Shown here piece after piece: positions 16,267 to 17,561 of a stretch of DNA of 17,561 nt. Made by a program: the position numbers and the translations under genes. This stretch comes from Candidatus Sumerlaeia bacterium (GTDB lineage: Bacteria; Sumerlaeota; Sumerlaeia; SLMS01). Below the pieces are notes generated by a model. The model had not been told where the DNA came from and made no database searches. It saw only the letters and a list, made by a program, of their open reading frames with translations. The stretch covers positions 1-17,561 of the forward strand of contig JBBQYG010000076.1 of the NCBI GenBank assembly GCA_038208905.1, read 5' to 3'. Each line of letters begins with the position of its first letter. Positions within the stretch are counted from its first letter, which is position 1.

Positions 16267-16680
16267 ATGTCAGCGCCCCGAACTGATCAAACAGCGGGCG
16301 GCGAGCCCAAGCTTAACGGCTCGTCGCCCAAGGGGGGGCGGGAGCCACAGGCTCTCGACGATCTGAATCGCCTGATTCAGAGTGTTCAGGCCGCCGGCTC
16401 GAGAGTCTTCGCCGAAGTAGCGGACCTAATCCGCGCCCAGTGGAGACTCACCTCCTATGTCTTTGCTGGCTCCGTGCGAATTCTGGCGCTGCGTTTTGGC
16501 GCCCTCGCCATCGTGGGCCTGCTCGCGCTCGCAACATGGATTTTCGTCAATGTGACGGTGTGGCAGGCGATCGGATCGCTCACCGGGCTGTCATTCGCAC
16601 CGCCTCTCGCCCTCGTTCTACTTAACTCAATAGCTGCCTGGTCGATCTACCACTGGCAGACAACACTGAGGCTGAAATGA
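16267..16680 (+). CDS. Small two-TM membrane protein, YqjE / holin-superfamily-like by architecture and position
   Basis: Amphipathic N-terminal half and two hydrophobic helices. Starts 3 bp after the DUF883-like gene. Confidence 0.6.
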   Translation: MSAPRTDQTAGGEPKLNGSSPKGGREPQALDDLNRLIQSVQAAGSRVFAEVADLIRAQWRLTSYVFAGSVRILALRFGALAIVGLLALATWIFVNVTVWQAIGSLTGLSFAPPLALVLLNSIAAWSIYHWQTTLRLK

Positions 16681-16985
16681 CAACACCGAAACATAACCTC
16701 GCCCAGTTGCGAATTCAGCGCGATCAGGCTCTGAACCGAACGGCCGCATCTGCGGATTCGGCGCAAGGGCTCATCCCACAAATCAAGTCGTTTGCAGCTC
16801 AGCATCCCTGCACTGCCATCGGCACTGCGGCGGCGGTGGGAATCGCCGCGGGCATGCTAGTGGGCCCCTCGCTAACCCGCCGACTGGTCCGCACCGCGGG
16901 ACTGCTCTTAGTCAGGCCACTGGTTGTTGACTTGGCTCAGGATCTGATGCGCACTGCCAACGGCGATTCATTCGACGAGAGCTGA
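16677..16985 (+). CDS. Small membrane-associated protein, YqjK/DUF883-like
   Basis: ATGA overlap with the previous gene. FAAQHPCTAIGTAAAVGIAAGML resembles the DUF883-type anchor motif. Confidence 0.6.
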   Translation: MTTPKHNLAQLRIQRDQALNRTAASADSAQGLIPQIKSFAAQHPCTAIGTAAAVGIAAGMLVGPSLTRRLVRTAGLLLVRPLVVDLAQDLMRTANGDSFDES

Positions 16986-17053
16986 TCCTCCGCCTTGCGG
17001 CCCTTTCGTACTCCCTCCACCGACTCACCCCTGCCGCCCGATCAACCGCCATT

Positions 17054-17086
17054 TTCCCACACATCGGGAGAGTGGGAGCCTTTTTT
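17054..17086 (+). terminator. Possible intrinsic terminator of the small-protein operon
   Basis: Stem TTCCCAC (17054-17060) / GTGGGAG (17072-17078) with an 11-nt loop, then CC and T6 (17081-17086). Confidence 0.4.
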
Positions 17087-17149
17087 GGTTTACACGGCCA
17101 ACAAATTAACAGGGACTCTTCCTAACATCGAGATGGAAGGAGGCCCTCC

Positions 17150-17561
17150 ATGCCTATTTTAGTGCGCAGCACTATTGTCCCCAAGTCCATTCGCTCACTG
17201 GTCCTTCTCCTCATCCTTCACTTGGCGGCGGCTACAGGGTCTGCAGAGCTCGTGGTCACGCCGATGCAGTTCGATCTGGATGTGGAAGTGGGGACCAACC
17301 CCCCGCCGGTTTTCGTGAATATCGAGAACATCGGCCCGAACACCACAGTCGCGAATTTCGGGTCAAGTGACAATGGGATCGCGATTGCCACGGTGAATGA
17401 GCTATCCATCGCGGCGGGGGAGAGCGCCCTGCTTCAGGTCAATATCCTGACTTCATTCAATCCGAGGGGACGCTACCGCGACTCGATCCCCGTCTGGGAG
17501 CAAGATCCCACGAAGCAGGCCGCGCCGACCTACAACGTCGAATTCAACTTCAACTTGTTTC
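17150..17561 (+). CDS. 5' part of a secreted protein with an Ig-like beta-sandwich domain (runs off the window)
   Basis: SD AAGGAGG at 17137-17143 and ATG 17150, open to the end of the window. Translation: MPILVRSTIVPKSIRSLVLLLILHLAAATGSA|ELVVTPMQFDLDVEVG...VNIENIG...LSIAAGESALLQVNI... Not in the supplied ORF track. Confidence 0.8.
   Translation, partial: MPILVRSTIVPKSIRSLVLLLILHLAAATGSAELVVTPMQFDLDVEVGTNPPPVFVNIENIGPNTTVANFGSSDNGIAIATVNELSIAAGESALLQVNILTSFNPRGRYRDSIPVWEQDPTKQAAPTYNVEFNFNLF

Noticed and set aside
16267-16680. Prophage holin
   Set aside because: There are no phage genes nearby, and the context matches a cellular yqjDEK-like trio.

Overview
GC-rich bacterial DNA with about 17 genes. 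From left to right: a poly-G/T low-complexity end and a decayed Type III restriction-modification locus (mod has an amber stop at codon 23 and appears fused by deletion to a Res-like tail). Next come a GT2 glycosyltransferase-SAM methyltransferase pair, rnc, and a convergent sensor kinase-tlyA-add run. A co-oriented block follows, with two secreted vWA paralogues, an Rv1747-like FHA-FHA-ABC transporter and a Hanks-type Ser/Thr kinase with a Pro-rich outer tail. The right end holds mtnB, a DUF6526-like gene, a yqjD/E/K-like trio, and the start of a secreted Ig-like protein that the ORF track misses. The best candidate for an undescribed system is the vWA-vWA-FHA/ABC-kinase module (7547-14396). 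Other notable signals are the mod::res fusion, heptamer arrays (GGATGAG-like) at convergent gene ends, an Asp-to-Ser change in the RNase III active site, and a G/C skew change near 3.1 kb. All family assignments come from motif recognition and recall; no database searches were run.
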